Positions 30,474-44,602 of a stretch of 64,000 nt of DNA are shown here, one piece after another. The position numbers and the translations under genes were made by a program. The DNA is from Deinococcus sp. Its GTDB lineage: Bacteria; Deinococcota; Deinococci; Deinococcales; Deinococcaceae. The stretch lies in NCBI GenBank assembly GCA_965261005.1, contig OZ253375.1:288001-352000 (forward strand), written 5' to 3'. The notes under the pieces were generated by a model. It had not been told where the DNA came from, did not search any database, and saw only the letters and a list, made by a program, of their open reading frames with translations. Position 1 is the stretch's first letter; the number at the start of each line of letters is the position of its first letter.

Positions 30474-30517
30474 GTTGACAATGTCAACATTACTCGCTTA
30501 GGTTGACATTGTCAACC
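30474..30517. promoter_or_regulatory. Two palindromic operators GTTGACA-W-TGTCAAC (candidate TetR sites)
   Basis: 30474-30488 and 30502-30516, just upstream of the SDR-tetR operon. Confidence 0.75.
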
Positions 30518-30592
30518 ACTGGAGAGGGCCGTTCCAGCTTAAAAAACTTCCCGAATGCCAAACGCTCCCCCGACCGCGTGCCATCATGAGCC

Positions 30593-30768
30593 GTGACCGA
30601 CAACGCCGCGAACGAGAGGGACGCCGAACCGGGGCGTGAACGGGTGCAGGCCGACCCCGGCGAGTTCTGGATCATCCTGCGGGCCGCCTTCTCGGTGCTG
30701 TGGCTACCTATCACGCTGTTTACGGGCGGCTTTTTTCTGTTCTACTTTCTGATGTGGTTGTGGCTGGG

Positions 30769-30772
<4 letters not shown>
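30593..30772 (+). CDS. Small membrane protein (59 aa), not in the ORF track
   Basis: [63 protein letters not shown] overlap with scpA. Confidence 0.65.
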
Positions 30773-32900
<2,128 letters not shown>

Positions 32901-32904
<4 letters not shown>

Positions 32905-33878
32905 CGGCGCTGGTCTCAGAACTGCGCGCCGGTAGTCGCCGCGCCCTCGCCCGCGCCATCACGCTGATCGAGAGCAGCCGCGCCGACCACGCCGAACAGG
33001 CCCAGAACCTGCTGGCCGAGTTGCTGCCCTTCACCGGCAACTCCACTCGGGTCGGCTTGTCGGGTCCGCCGGGGGTCGGGAAGAGCACCTTTACCGAGGC
33101 GCTGGGCTTATTTCTGGTGGAAGCGGGGCATAAGGTCGCGGTTCTCGCGGTGGACCCCTCCTCCAACCGCACGGGCGGCTCCATCATGGGCGACAAGACC
33201 CGGATGCCGCGCCTCTCGGTTCACCCGCACGCCTTTATCCGCCCCAGCCCGGCGGGGGGCACCCTCGGCGGCGTGGCGCGGCGCACGCGCGAAACCTTGC
33301 TGCTGTGCGAGGCGGCCGGGTACGACGTCCTGCTGGTGGAGACGGTCGGGGTGGGGCAGAGCGAGGTCGCGGTGGCGGACATGACCGACCTCTTCGTACT
33401 GCTGACGCTGCCGAACGCGGGGGACGGGTTGCAGGGGGTCAAGCGCGGCGTGATGGAGCGCCTAGACCTCGCGGTCGTGAACAAGGCGGACGCCGACCCG
33501 GCGGGGGCCAACCGCGCCCAGGCAGAATTGCGGGGTGCCCTGCACCTGCTGACGTCGCGCGGCGCCACGTGGCAGCCCCGCGTCTTGCAGGCGAGCGCCC
33601 TCACCGGGGCGGGTGTGCCCGAGGTGTGGCAAAGCGTCCTCGACTACCGGGAGGCGCTGGGCGAGAAGTTGGCCGACAAGAGACGCGAACAGCAACTGGC
33701 TTGGTTTGAGGAACTGCTGCGGGAACGGGTCTGGAGCGCTTTTGTAAGCAACGTTCAGCTGGAGCAACTGCTCGCCGTGCGCCGGGCCGTGGTCGGGGGA
33801 ACGTTGACGCCAGCTCAGGGAGTGCAGAAAATATTGGTCGAGCAGGTGCTTCAAACGTCCCCGTCGTCCCCCAATTGA
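32901..33878 (+). CDS. meaB: MCM-associated GTPase chaperone
   Basis: [14 protein letters not shown]...[15 protein letters not shown] and NKAD. Confidence 0.96.
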
Positions 33879-35425
33879 ACCTCTTGTAAATCGAGGTCGT
33901 GCGCGACGGCGCGCCGCGTCTCGTCGCTGATGGTGTTGTCGTCACGCAGGCGCCGCAAGGCCGCGCGCTCGGCGGCGATGGCCTCGCGCTCTAGGCGCTC
34001 GAACTCGCTGGAAAAGCCTTTTCTGGACGAATCGGCCGGCGCTTCCTGAAGGTGGCGAAGCTGCGCTTGGTAACGGGCCAGCAGACCGTCGAGGACCTTG
34101 CCGCGCCGTTCCGGCTGCCCCGCGATCTCTTCCAGCCGCGCGCCTGCCGCCTCCGCCGCCGCGATGCGGGCGGTGTGTTCCTCGCGCGCCGCGCCGTCGT
34201 CGCTCTCGAAGTGCAGCGCGCGGACCAGGGCCGGCAAGCTGAGGCCCTGCACCACCAGCGTGAACAGAATCACGCCGAAGGTGAGCAGCAGAATCTGGCG
34301 GCTTTGTGGAAACGCCCGCCCGCCCACGCTGGGCAGCGAGAGGGCGGCGGCCAGCGAAAGGACGCCGCGCGAGCCGGTCCAGCCGATCAGCAGCACGTTT
34401 GGCCAGGAGTTCTTTTTGATGTTTCTGATCAGGCGCAGAATGTAGGCGGCGGGAAACACCTAGATCAGGCGGATCAGCGCGACGCTCAGGGCGACGGCCA
34501 GGGCCGCCAGCAGCGTGCCCAGCGGCCCCCGGTCTCCAAGCGCCCCGATCACCCTGGGCAGCTGCAAGCCGATCAGCAAAAAGGCGAAGCCGTTCAGCAG
34601 GTAGGTGGTCAGGCCCCACACCTGGGCGGCGTTCAAGCGGCCCTGCACCGAGAGCAGCGTGTCCTCGTTGCGTCCGAGGTACAGCCCCGCCGCGACGACG
34701 GCCAGAATGCCCGAGCCGCCCAGCTGGTCGGCGGTCAGGTAGGCCACAAAGGGCGTGATCAGCGACAGGCCAGTGCTCACCAGTGGGTCGGAGGGCGCCC
34801 GCTTGTCCATCCGGCGGCGCAGCCAGCCGTCGAGCCACGCCACCGCGAGGCCGGCCAAAACGCCGACGCCAACTGCCAGCCCCAGCTTCCACAACGCGCC
34901 GCCCCAGGAAAACGTGCCGCTCACCACGGCGGCCACCGCGACGCCAAACACGGTCAGGCCGGTGGCGTCGTTGACCAGGCCCTCGCCCTCCAGAATCTGC
35001 ACCGGCTGCTGCGGCACGTTCAGGCGCGAGGACACCGAGTTGGCCGCCACCGTGTCGGTGGGCGAGACGACCGCGCCCAGCACAAAGGCCGGCCCCCACG
35101 CGAGGCCCGCCCAAGCGTGGGCCACCCACGCCACCCCCGCCACCGTGAACAGCACCAAGCCGACCGCCAGCAGGGAGATACCGGCGAAATTGGCGCGAAA
35201 GTCGCGCCAGGAGGTGTTGTAGCTCGCCGAGTACACCAGCGGCGGGACCAGCAGCAGAAACACGATCTCGGGACGCAGGATCACGTCCGGAAAACTGGGA
35301 ATCAGACCGAGGGCCAGGCCCACCAGCACCTGCACGGCCGGGATGGGCACCGACCAGCGGCTCGTCAAGGCGCGCAGGGCCACCACCACCGCCAGCAACC
35401 CGAAGAAGATCTCGCTCTCGATCAA
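33851..35425 (-). pseudogene. Na+/H+ antiporter (CPA1/NhaP type) with an in-frame stop
   Basis: ORFs 34460-35425 and 33851-34459 are in one frame, separated by a single TAG (LIRLI*VFP); GEGLVNDA and GSRGVLSLAAAL motifs. Confidence 0.9.
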
Positions 35426-35482
35426 GGCTCACCTCCCGTGTTCAGCTTCAGGTTGTACCACGCCGCTTCCCGCCATAAAAAC

Positions 35483-35507
35483 AGGGCGCCCCATGACGGG
35501 GCGCCCC
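35483..35507. terminator. Hairpin terminator after the ferritin-like gene
   Basis: GGGCGCCCC-ATGAC-GGGGCGCCC with a T run on the minus strand. Confidence 0.7.
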
Positions 35508-35520
35508 TCTGAAACTCTTT

Positions 35521-36429
35521 TTACCTGATGGCGCCGTTCAGCCCGTTCGGGTAAAAGCCGCCCTTTTTCGCGTTTGGCGCGAGGTAGACGATGTTGAGCA
35601 CCTCGCGGGTGCTGCGGTGGTAGGCGACGCTGTTCATGTCGGCCGGGACCACGTTGGCGCGGCCGTTCATCACCACGCCCTGATCGCTGCCGCCGCCCAC
35701 CTTGGCCCGCAGCGCGCTGATGGCCGCCGTGACCTGCGCGACGCTCAGGCCGGCCGCCGCCGCGATGTCGCGCCGGGCGAACAGCTGGGCGCGCACCTCG
35801 CCCGCGTGGTAGGCCTCCACCGCCAGAATGCCGGCCGCCGCCTGAAGGTAGGCCGGGTTGGTGATCAGGGTGGCGGCGCCGTTGTAGGCGGTCACGCCGA
35901 CGTCCTCGAAGATAAAGGCGCCGTGCAAAAAGAAGAGGTCGTTCGCGAAGGGGTTGAAGCCCCTGATGGCCCCGCCCGAGGCCGCCTGCCCCGCCGCGTC
36001 AAAGGCGCCGGCGAGGTCGAGGGCTGGGCGCGCCACGTGCTTCATGCCCAGCGCCTTGATCAGGAACTTGACGTGGTTCAGTTCGTCGTCGGCGATCTCG
36101 CGCGCGTAGGCCTCCACGTCGCCGTCCCTAAACTGCATGCCCACGTTGCCGTCAAAGCCCATCGGCAGCTTGATGGGGGCGTTTCCGCCGAGCATCTGCA
36201 CTTCCTTCAAGCGACCGACCGCCGCCAAGTAAAAGGCGGCCTCCAGGTATTCCAGGTTGAGGGCGAAGTTGAGCACCTCGACGTCGAGGTTCTTCTTCAT
36301 CTGCATGCCTTGGGCGCCGGCTTCCGTCAGCAGGCCGCCGCCGACTGTCGCCAAAGTGGCCCCAATGCCGACCTTGCCCAGCGCGCCGAGGGCGGCGCGG
36401 CGATTCAACTTCTTGTCTGAATCATTCAT
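35521..36429 (-). CDS. Tat-exported ferritin-like (desiccation-related) protein
   Basis: LNRRAAL twin-arginine; [30 protein letters not shown] and VEAYHA. Confidence 0.88.
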   Translation of the reverse strand: MNDSDKKLNRRAALGALGKVGIGATLATVGGGLLTEAGAQGMQMKKNLDVEVLNFALNLEYLEAAFYLAAVGRLKEVQMLGGNAPIKLPMGFDGNVGMQFRDGDVEAYAREIADDELNHVKFLIKALGMKHVARPALDLAGAFDAAGQAASGGAIRGFNPFANDLFFLHGAFIFEDVGVTAYNGAATLITNPAYLQAAAGILAVEAYHAGEVRAQLFARRDIAAAAGLSVAQVTAAISALRAKVGGGSDQGVVMNGRANVVPADMNSVAYHRSTREVLNIVYLAPNAKKGGFYPNGLNGAIR

Positions 36430-36527
36430 GTGTACCTCCTTTGAGCATGATGAGGGAAACCTCACGCCGGGGACATGTAAATTCGTACAAGGTCACAAGC
36501 TCTTACGCTGGGGCCTTAAAGTGAGGC

Positions 36528-36860
36528 GTGGACAAGACCATTTTCGGGCGCATCATCGCTCGCGAGATTCCCGCCGACATCGTCTACGAGGACAACGGCT
36601 ACATCGCCATTCGCGACATCGCCCCCAAGGCGCCCATTCATGTGCTGGTGATTCCTAAACGGCCGAGTACTCGTCTCGACGAGATTCGGGACGAGGCCGA
36701 AATGGGGCGCCTCTTTCTGACAGCCGGCCAGGTGGCCCGCTCGCTCGCGCCGGACTACCGCTTGGTCGTGAACGTCGGCAGAGGTGGCGGGCAGGAGGTC
36801 TTCCACACCCACGTGCATATCTTGGCGGGGTGGGATGGGGGGCCGCCGAACGATATTTAA
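36528..36860 (+). CDS. Histidine triad (HIT) nucleotide-binding protein
   Basis: [22 protein letters not shown] and FHTHVHIL. Confidence 0.95.
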   Translation: MDKTIFGRIIAREIPADIVYEDNGYIAIRDIAPKAPIHVLVIPKRPSTRLDEIRDEAEMGRLFLTAGQVARSLAPDYRLVVNVGRGGGQEVFHTHVHILAGWDGGPPNDI

Positions 36861-36863
36861 AAG

Positions 36864-37856
36864 TCAGCGCTGGTTGTGCTCCAGCTCGGCCCGGCGCTTG
36901 ATGGCGAAGTTCTGGGTCAGGGCCGTCTCGCTCTCATATCCCTTGCGGCTTTGCGGACCGATGCCGCCGGGGGCGGGCAGGAAACGGTTCGCCAGCGCGC
37001 TCAGGTTGGCAGTGACGCCGGGAAAGACGCCGTGGGCGGCGGCCAGCAGCTTGGCGGGGACGCCGGTGATGACCTCGGCCTGACCGTTCACCAGCGCCCG
37101 GAGAATCTCCTCGGCGGCCTGCTCGGCGCTCTGCGACAGGCCCGGCAAATTGTCCGCGAGGGCGAACCAGCGGTACTCCTCGAAGTGGCGCCCCTTCACG
37201 TTCACGTTCCTGGGGCTGCCAGTGCGAATCAAATTGGGATAGGCGGTGGTGACCAGAATGCCGTCCCGCATCAGCTCGGCGCGCCAGCCTTGGCTGAGGC
37301 CCGCGAGGGCGAACTTGCTGGCCGAGTAGGGCAGCAGGTGCGGCACGGCCACCTTGCCGCCGATGGAGCAGATGTTGAGGATGCGCCCGCCGCCCTGAGC
37401 CTTCATGGTGTCGCGGGCGGCCAACATGCCGTGCAGCGGGCCGTAGAAGTTGACGGCCATCACGCCCTCGTAATCTTCCAGGGTCATGCTCTCCAGCGGC
37501 CCGACGGCAATGGTGCCGGCGTCGTTGATCAGCACGTCCAGGCAACCGTAGCGCTCCACGGTCAGGCGCACGGCCTCCGTCACCTCGGTCGCCACGGTCA
37601 CGTCGCCCGCCAGGGCCAGCACCGGGGCGCCCAGGGCGACCAGCTCCCGCTCGGCCTCGCGCAGCTCGTTCACGTCGCGGGCGAAGAGAGCGAGCCTGGC
37701 CCCACGCCGCGCCAGTTGGCGCGCCAAGGTCAGGCCCAAGCCGCGCGAGCCGCCCGTGATCAGCACTGATTTACCTTGCAGGCTGTACTCGCTCTTTTTG
37801 CGCAGCACGGCGTAGGCGGCGGCGCCCAGCAGAAGGGAGGTCAACAGTCGCTTCAT
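36864..37856 (-). CDS. SDR family oxidoreductase
   Basis: TGGSRGLG and YSASK. Confidence 0.93.
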   Translation of the reverse strand: MKRLLTSLLLGAAAYAVLRKKSEYSLQGKSVLITGGSRGLGLTLARQLARRGARLALFARDVNELREAERELVALGAPVLALAGDVTVATEVTEAVRLTVERYGCLDVLINDAGTIAVGPLESMTLEDYEGVMAVNFYGPLHGMLAARDTMKAQGGGRILNICSIGGKVAVPHLLPYSASKFALAGLSQGWRAELMRDGILVTTAYPNLIRTGSPRNVNVKGRHFEEYRWFALADNLPGLSQSAEQAAEEILRALVNGQAEVITGVPAKLLAAAHGVFPGVTANLSALANRFLPAPGGIGPQSRKGYESETALTQNFAIKRRAELEHNQR

Positions 37857-37924
37857 GGCACCGTTATGCCGCGCCTTCCTGAAGCGCTTCCGTCACTCGG
37901 CTGTGCTGGCCTTTATGTGTCGGT

Positions 37925-38194
37925 TCAGCGCCGCACCCGAACGCCCTTCCCCGGCGCCTGCCCGCCCACCCACTTCAGAAAGCGGGCCATCTCCGGCTCT
38001 TCGCGCAACGCCTCCACGGTGTTCAGCTCGCGCGCGAGGCGTTCGTGCGGGTAGAGCGCGTGCAGCTGGCGGTGGCAGGCCGGGCACAGCTTGGCGGTGG
38101 GCAGCACTTGGCCGCGTTTGCCGCGTGATTTCGGGATCAGGTGGTGGACGGTCAGGCGCGGCACGTCGCGCCCGCAGAGTTCGCACTGGGCCAC
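37925..38194 (-). CDS. Small HNH endonuclease family protein
   Basis: CELC...HHLIP...LCPACHRQLH. Confidence 0.85.
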   Translation of the reverse strand: MAQCELCGRDVPRLTVHHLIPKSRGKRGQVLPTAKLCPACHRQLHALYPHERLARELNTVEALREEPEMARFLKWVGGQAPGKGVRVRR

Positions 38195-38199
38195 GCTCT

Positions 38200-39036
38200 C
38201 TACCCGTCGAGCTGCGAAAAGCCCTCCAAGCCGTCGAACATGCCGCGCAGCGGGTAGCGCTCAATCGGCCCGCGCGTGCCGCCGAGGCTAAAGGCCTCGC
38301 TTGCCAGCATGGGGCCGCGCATTTTCTGCTGCTCCTCCTCGGACAGTTGGCCCATGCGCGAGGTGGGACCGGTCTGGGTGCCGTGCGCCCTGAGGGCCGC
38401 CATCTTGCGCTCGGCGTAGGCGCGCACGTCCACGCGGACGGCCACGGTGGTGTCGCTGACGCCGTAGCGCTCGGCCTCGTAGGGCATGGTCTGGCCCATC
38501 GCCTTGAAGCGCGCGGCGAACTCCACCGGCATGGCCGTGAAGAAGAGCCGTGACAAACCGGCGTAGCGCGCCCCACCCGAAAAGAACGCCGCGCTGGCCG
38601 CCCGGTGGACCACCAGATGGTCGATATGGCCGTAGCCGCCGTGCGGATCGAAGGTGAGCATCACCTGCGGCCGCACCCGTTCGATCAGCGTCAGAACTTT
38701 GGTCTCCACCTCGAAGGGGTCCACGTTCATCAGGGCCAGGGGGTCGTCGGCGCGCACCCGCTCGGCGCGGCCCGAGTCGTGGAAGTCGAGGAAGACCGGC
38801 GCCGGAATGCCCAGGACGCGGCAGGCCGCCTTCAGTTCCTCCTCGCGCTGTTGGCCGAGGTCGGTCACGGTCATGCTGGGGTCGGTGATCTTGCCGGCCT
38901 CGCCCCGGTTGGCGCAGGCGAGCGTGATGTTGACGCCCTTTTCGGCGTAGTAGGCCAGGGTGCCGCCGCTGGAAAAGGCCTCGTCGTCGGGGTGGGCGAA
39001 CACGGCCAGCAGGAAGGTTGGTCGGGCATGCGTCAT
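38200..39036 (-). CDS. PIG-L/LmbE family deacetylase
   Basis: AHPDDE, DSG, GGYGHIDH and AHGTQ. Confidence 0.93.
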   Translation of the reverse strand: MTHARPTFLLAVFAHPDDEAFSSGGTLAYYAEKGVNITLACANRGEAGKITDPSMTVTDLGQQREEELKAACRVLGIPAPVFLDFHDSGRAERVRADDPLALMNVDPFEVETKVLTLIERVRPQVMLTFDPHGGYGHIDHLVVHRAASAAFFSGGARYAGLSRLFFTAMPVEFAARFKAMGQTMPYEAERYGVSDTTVAVRVDVRAYAERKMAALRAHGTQTGPTSRMGQLSEEEQQKMRGPMLASEAFSLGGTRGPIERYPLRGMFDGLEGFSQLDG

Positions 39037-39123
39037 CTTGTCGCCGGGAACGGCGGGCAACTGGGCCGGAGGTTACGGGCCAAGCAGACGGCACAGAAAA
39101 ACGGCCCGTTTGTCTTTTCGGTG

Positions 39124-40701
<1,578 letters not shown>

Positions 40702-40705
<4 letters not shown>

Positions 40706-41970
40706 TCACCAAGCTAGAGAAGGTGAAACGGCTCGGTGGTGATGGGCTTGAAAGTGTGTGGGTGCAGGACGGCCTAATCCTCGGCTGGAACCTCGATCTT
40801 ACGGCCGACCTCACCTTGGGCGGGCGCGGCGGCACGGTCGTCCCGGCCTTTTTGGAGCTGCACGCCCACCTGCGCGAGCCGGGTCAGGAGGAAAAGGAGG
40901 ACCTCGCTTCCGGCCTGGCGGCGGCGGCGGCCGGCGGCTACGGCACGGTCGTCTCGATGCCCAACACCGTGCCGGCCGTGGACCAGCCGAGTTTGGTGCG
41001 CGGTCTGATCGAAAAGGCGGAACAGCTCGGCCTCGCACGCCTGCGCCCCGCCGCCGCCCTGACGCGGGGGCAACTGGGCGAACAGCTCGCCGAACTCGCC
41101 CTCTTAAAAGCGGCCGGCGCCGCCATGTTCACCGACGACGGCCGCACCAACGAGGACGCCCGTGTGCTCAGGCTCGGTTTGGAGTACGCGGGTTCCCTCG
41201 GCATGGTCGTCAGCGTGCACGCCGAGGACGCCGGCCTGCGCGCGGACGGTGTGATGAACGAGGGCGCCGTCAGCGAGGGGCTGGGCTTGCCCGGCAACCC
41301 GTGGGCGGCCGAGGCGGCGCGGGTGGCGCGCGACATCGAAATTGCCCGCTTGGTTTCTCGGCAAAACGGCGGGGCGCGGCTGCACGTCCAGCACCTCTCC
41401 ACCGCCCGCGCCCTGGACTTGGTGCGCGCCGCCAAGCAGGGGGGCGTGCCCGTCACCTGCGAGGTCTGCCCTCACCACCTGACCCTGACCGACGAGGCGC
41501 TGAGAAACTTCGACGCTGTTTACAAGGTGGCGCCCCCTTTGCGAACGCAAGCAGACGCGGACGCCCTGCTGGAGGGGCTGCGCGACGGCACGGTGGACGC
41601 CCTCGCCACCGACCACGCTCCCCACACGCGGGCCGAAAAGGAGCGCGACTTGCTGGACGCCCCCTTTGGCATCCCGTCCATCGAGGTCGCCTTTGCGCTG
41701 ATGTACACCCGCTTCGGGCAGGTGTTGGGCCTGGACAGAATCGTTCACCTGCTGACCGCTGGGCCGGCGGGGGTCATGGGCTGGCCCGCGCCGGGCTTGC
41801 AGGCGGGCGCCCCGGCCGACCTGACCGTGCTGGACCTCGACACGGAGCGCCCGGTGGACCCCACGACCTTCAAGAGCAAGGCCAAGTTCAGCCCCTGGGC
41901 GGGGGAGACGCTGCGCGGCTGGCCGCTGCTGACGCTGGTGGAGGGGAGAGTGGCGTTCGAGCGCGGCTAG
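40702..41970 (+). CDS. pyrC: Dihydroorotase
   Basis: HAHLREPG, MPNT, EVCPHHL and ATDHAPH. Confidence 0.95.
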
Positions 41971-42085
41971 CTTCTGGCCCCCGGTTTGCACCGACTTGAA
42001 CCCGCCCCCAACCTTATGCGTACCCCCTTCAAAGCCACACTCGCGCCGGCTTTCGTTCTTCGGCCAGAAGGTTCTGGAGGTGCCC

Positions 42086-42523
42086 ATGTTTCGTTTGCGC
42101 TCAAGCCCGCTGTTGAAGGTCGGCCTCTCACTGAGTATGTCGCTGCTGAGCGGCCTCGCCGCCGCGCAGGACGCCGCCGACAACGTGATCGTCCAGGTGG
42201 GGGTGCTGCACGGCGTCTTGCCCCAAAGTCTCGCCACCGTCGTGGTCTACCACGACAACTCGGGCGGCGTGCGGCTGCGGTTGCACGGTTTGCATCTGGC
42301 GCCCCAAACAGGTCTGAAGGTGTGGCTGTACAAGGCGGTGCCGCAGCCCGGCGAGCGCGGCCTGGACGGGGCCGGCGATTTTCTGGCGGTGGGCGATCTG
42401 CGGCGCTTTGCGGGAAACGTCGAGTACCCGCTGCCGGGCGGCATTGACATGGCCGGCTTTCACAGCGTCGTGGTTTGGTCGGCCACGGGCAAGCAGGTCG
42501 TCGCCGTCGCCCCGCTTACCTGA
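42086..42523 (+). CDS. Exported DM13-like domain protein
   Basis: Signal peptide; LKVWL...VGDLRRFAGNVEYPLPGGIDMAGFHSVVVW pattern. Confidence 0.7.
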   Translation: MFRLRSSPLLKVGLSLSMSLLSGLAAAQDAADNVIVQVGVLHGVLPQSLATVVVYHDNSGGVRLRLHGLHLAPQTGLKVWLYKAVPQPGERGLDGAGDFLAVGDLRRFAGNVEYPLPGGIDMAGFHSVVVWSATGKQVVAVAPLT

Positions 42524-43595
42524 GCGCGGTCCCCACCGCCCCCGCCACGTTTCCAAAGCCGTCCCGCTCAAGCAGCCCGGCCAGCTCGCGGTTGATCCGG
42601 CTTGGCAAGCTTGGCCCCTCGTAGATCAGGGCGGTGTAGACCTCGATCAAGCTGGCGCCCGCGCGAATTTTGGCGTAGGCGTCCTGGCCCGTGAACACGC
42701 CCCCGGAGGCGACGATGGGCAGCTTGCCCCCCGTGAGCGCGTGAGCTTTGCGCACCAGCTCGGTGCTGCGCGCCGCCAGGGGCTTCCCGCTCAAGCCGCC
42801 GGTCTGGTCGCGGTGGGGGTGGGTCAACCCCGCCCGCCCCAGGGTGGTGTTCGCCACGACCACGCCCGCCACCCCCGCGTCCAGCGCCGCCCCCAAAGTT
42901 ACGTTCAGAGCAGCGTCGTCCAAATCCGGCGCGATCTTGACCAGCACCGGCGCCGTTTTCAGATGCCGCACCCGCTGAGCCTCCACCTCGGCCAGCACGG
43001 CGCTCAGCAACCTTTTCAACTCGTCCGCGCCTTGCAGCGCCCGCAGCCCCGGCGTGTTGGGCGAGGAGACGTTCACCACGAACAAATCGGCGTGGGGGAA
43101 GAGCGTCCGGACGCAGGCTTGGTAGTCGTCCGCCGCCGCCTCATTCGGCGTGTCCTTGTTCTTGCCGATGTTGACCGCGATGGGAACCGGGCGCGAGGTC
43201 AACTCGGCCAATCGCCCGGCCACCACGTCCATGCCGGCGTTGTTGAAGCCCATCCGGTTGATCAGGGCGAAGTCCCCCGGCAGACGGAACAATCTTGGGC
43301 GCGGGTTGCCCGCCTGTGCCCGGGGCGTGACGGTGCCCACCTCTAAAAAGCCCAGCCCCAGGCGTGAAAGGGCCGCCACCGCCCGCGCGTCCTTGTCGAG
43401 GCCCGCCGCCAGGCCGAGGGGGGAGGGAAAGGTCAGGCCGAACAGGTTGGTACTCAGGCGCGGATCGTCCGGCACGCCGTAGAGGGCGTTCAGCAGGTTG
43501 GCACTCGGCCCCAACCCCAAGCCCCGCAGCGTCAGGTGGTGGGCGTCCTCGGCCTCCAAGCGGAACAGCGCGGGGCGCAGCAGGCGCGGGTACAA
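42516..43595 (-). CDS. pyrD: Quinone-dependent dihydroorotate dehydrogenase
   Basis: GLAAGLDK, INRMGFNN, NVSSPNTPGLR and GGLSG. Confidence 0.97.
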   Translation of the reverse strand: MYPRLLRPALFRLEAEDAHHLTLRGLGLGPSANLLNALYGVPDDPRLSTNLFGLTFPSPLGLAAGLDKDARAVAALSRLGLGFLEVGTVTPRAQAGNPRPRLFRLPGDFALINRMGFNNAGMDVVAGRLAELTSRPVPIAVNIGKNKDTPNEAAADDYQACVRTLFPHADLFVVNVSSPNTPGLRALQGADELKRLLSAVLAEVEAQRVRHLKTAPVLVKIAPDLDDAALNVTLGAALDAGVAGVVVANTTLGRAGLTHPHRDQTGGLSGKPLAARSTELVRKAHALTGGKLPIVASGGVFTGQDAYAKIRAGASLIEVYTALIYEGPSLPSRINRELAGLLERDGFGNVAGAVGTALR

Positions 43596-43598
43596 CGC

Positions 43599-44069
43599 TC
43601 AGTTCCTGACGGCGTCTTCGTGGCGGTAGGCCGGCTCCAGCTGCACCAGCTGCCCTTGCTCCAAGCGCAAATTCTCCTCGATCAGGTCGGCCAGCGTGGT
43701 GTTGCCCAGCACGCCGCGCACCGCGTCCTCGACCCGGCGCCACAGTCCCTCGGTGGCGCAGGCGCCCACGCGGGCGCAGCTGTCCCCGTCCTCCAGGCAG
43801 GACACCGGCGACAAGCTGCCCTCCAGCGCCACGACCACGTCCCAAGCCAGGATGTGTTCGGGCGAGCGGGCCAGCTTGTAGCCGCCGTGCGCCCCGCGTA
43901 CCGAGCGCACAAAGCCGCTGCGGCGCAGCTGCGCGGCCAGCTGTTCCAGATAGTGCTGACTGATGGCCTGCTTGGCGGCCACGTCAATCAGCGGCACCAC
44001 CTCGCCCGGCCGCTTGCCGATCTCGATCAGGGCGCGCAGCCCGTATTGCGCTTTGGTGGACACCCACAT
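43599..44069 (-). CDS. Rrf2-family regulator (three Cys, IscR-like)
   Basis: STKAQYGLRAL, YLEQL, SVRGAHGGY and C-x5-C-x5-C. Confidence 0.93.
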   Translation of the reverse strand: MWVSTKAQYGLRALIEIGKRPGEVVPLIDVAAKQAISQHYLEQLAAQLRRSGFVRSVRGAHGGYKLARSPEHILAWDVVVALEGSLSPVSCLEDGDSCARVGACATEGLWRRVEDAVRGVLGNTTLADLIEENLRLEQGQLVQLEPAYRHEDAVRN

Positions 44070-44153
44070 GGAAAACCTCGTTTCGCCCCCATTCTAAAGC
44101 CGGAAAAGTCGTAAGGCAAATACGGGATTGCTCTTGGCGCCTAGACTGGCCGC

Positions 44154-44565
44154 GTGAGCGACCTGACTCCCTTTGTTGAGCAGACGAGGCGCGACCTTGC
44201 CCAACTGGTGGCCCTTCAGAGCGTCTCGGCGCAGGGGCGGCACCTCCCGGAGACGGCCGACGCCGTGACGGCCTTGCTGGAGGCGGAGGGCTTCAGCGTG
44301 CGGCGCTTTCCCGGTCAGGTGGCGCCCATTCTGCTGGCGGAGGCGGGAAGCGGGGCGCGCACGGTTCTGCTGTACAACCACTACGACGTGCAGCCCGAGG
44401 CCCCGCTGGAGCTGTGGGACAGCCCCCCCTTCGAATTGACCGAACGGGGGCATTGGCAACCTGGGCGGCCGGGTCCACGCGCCCAATGAGAACATCCGGG
44501 TGGCCGACTTCGGGCGCGGCATCGCGTTTGGCTTGGAGTTCTTCGTGAGGCTGGCCCGCAGCTGA
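44154..44565 (+). pseudogene. M20 peptidase with a large internal deletion
   Basis: N-terminus YNHYDVQP...WDSPPFELTER is joined out of frame to the C-terminus GIGNLGGRVHAPNENIRVADF...LARS*. Confidence 0.88.
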
Positions 44566-44602
44566 GTTAGGCTGGAACCTCTCTCTCAGAAAGCGAGTTC
44601 TT

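Noticed and set aside
34460..34462. Pyrrolysine or programmed read-through of the antiporter TAG
   Set aside because: No supporting machinery is visible; a single TGG>TAG change explains it.
37925..38194. Small HNH gene as a defence system
   Set aside because: Stand-alone among metabolic genes, with no partner genes or compositional anomaly.
44105..44130. Weak palindrome CGTA-N7-TACG upstream of the Rrf2 gene
   Set aside because: Too short to support as an operator without comparative data.
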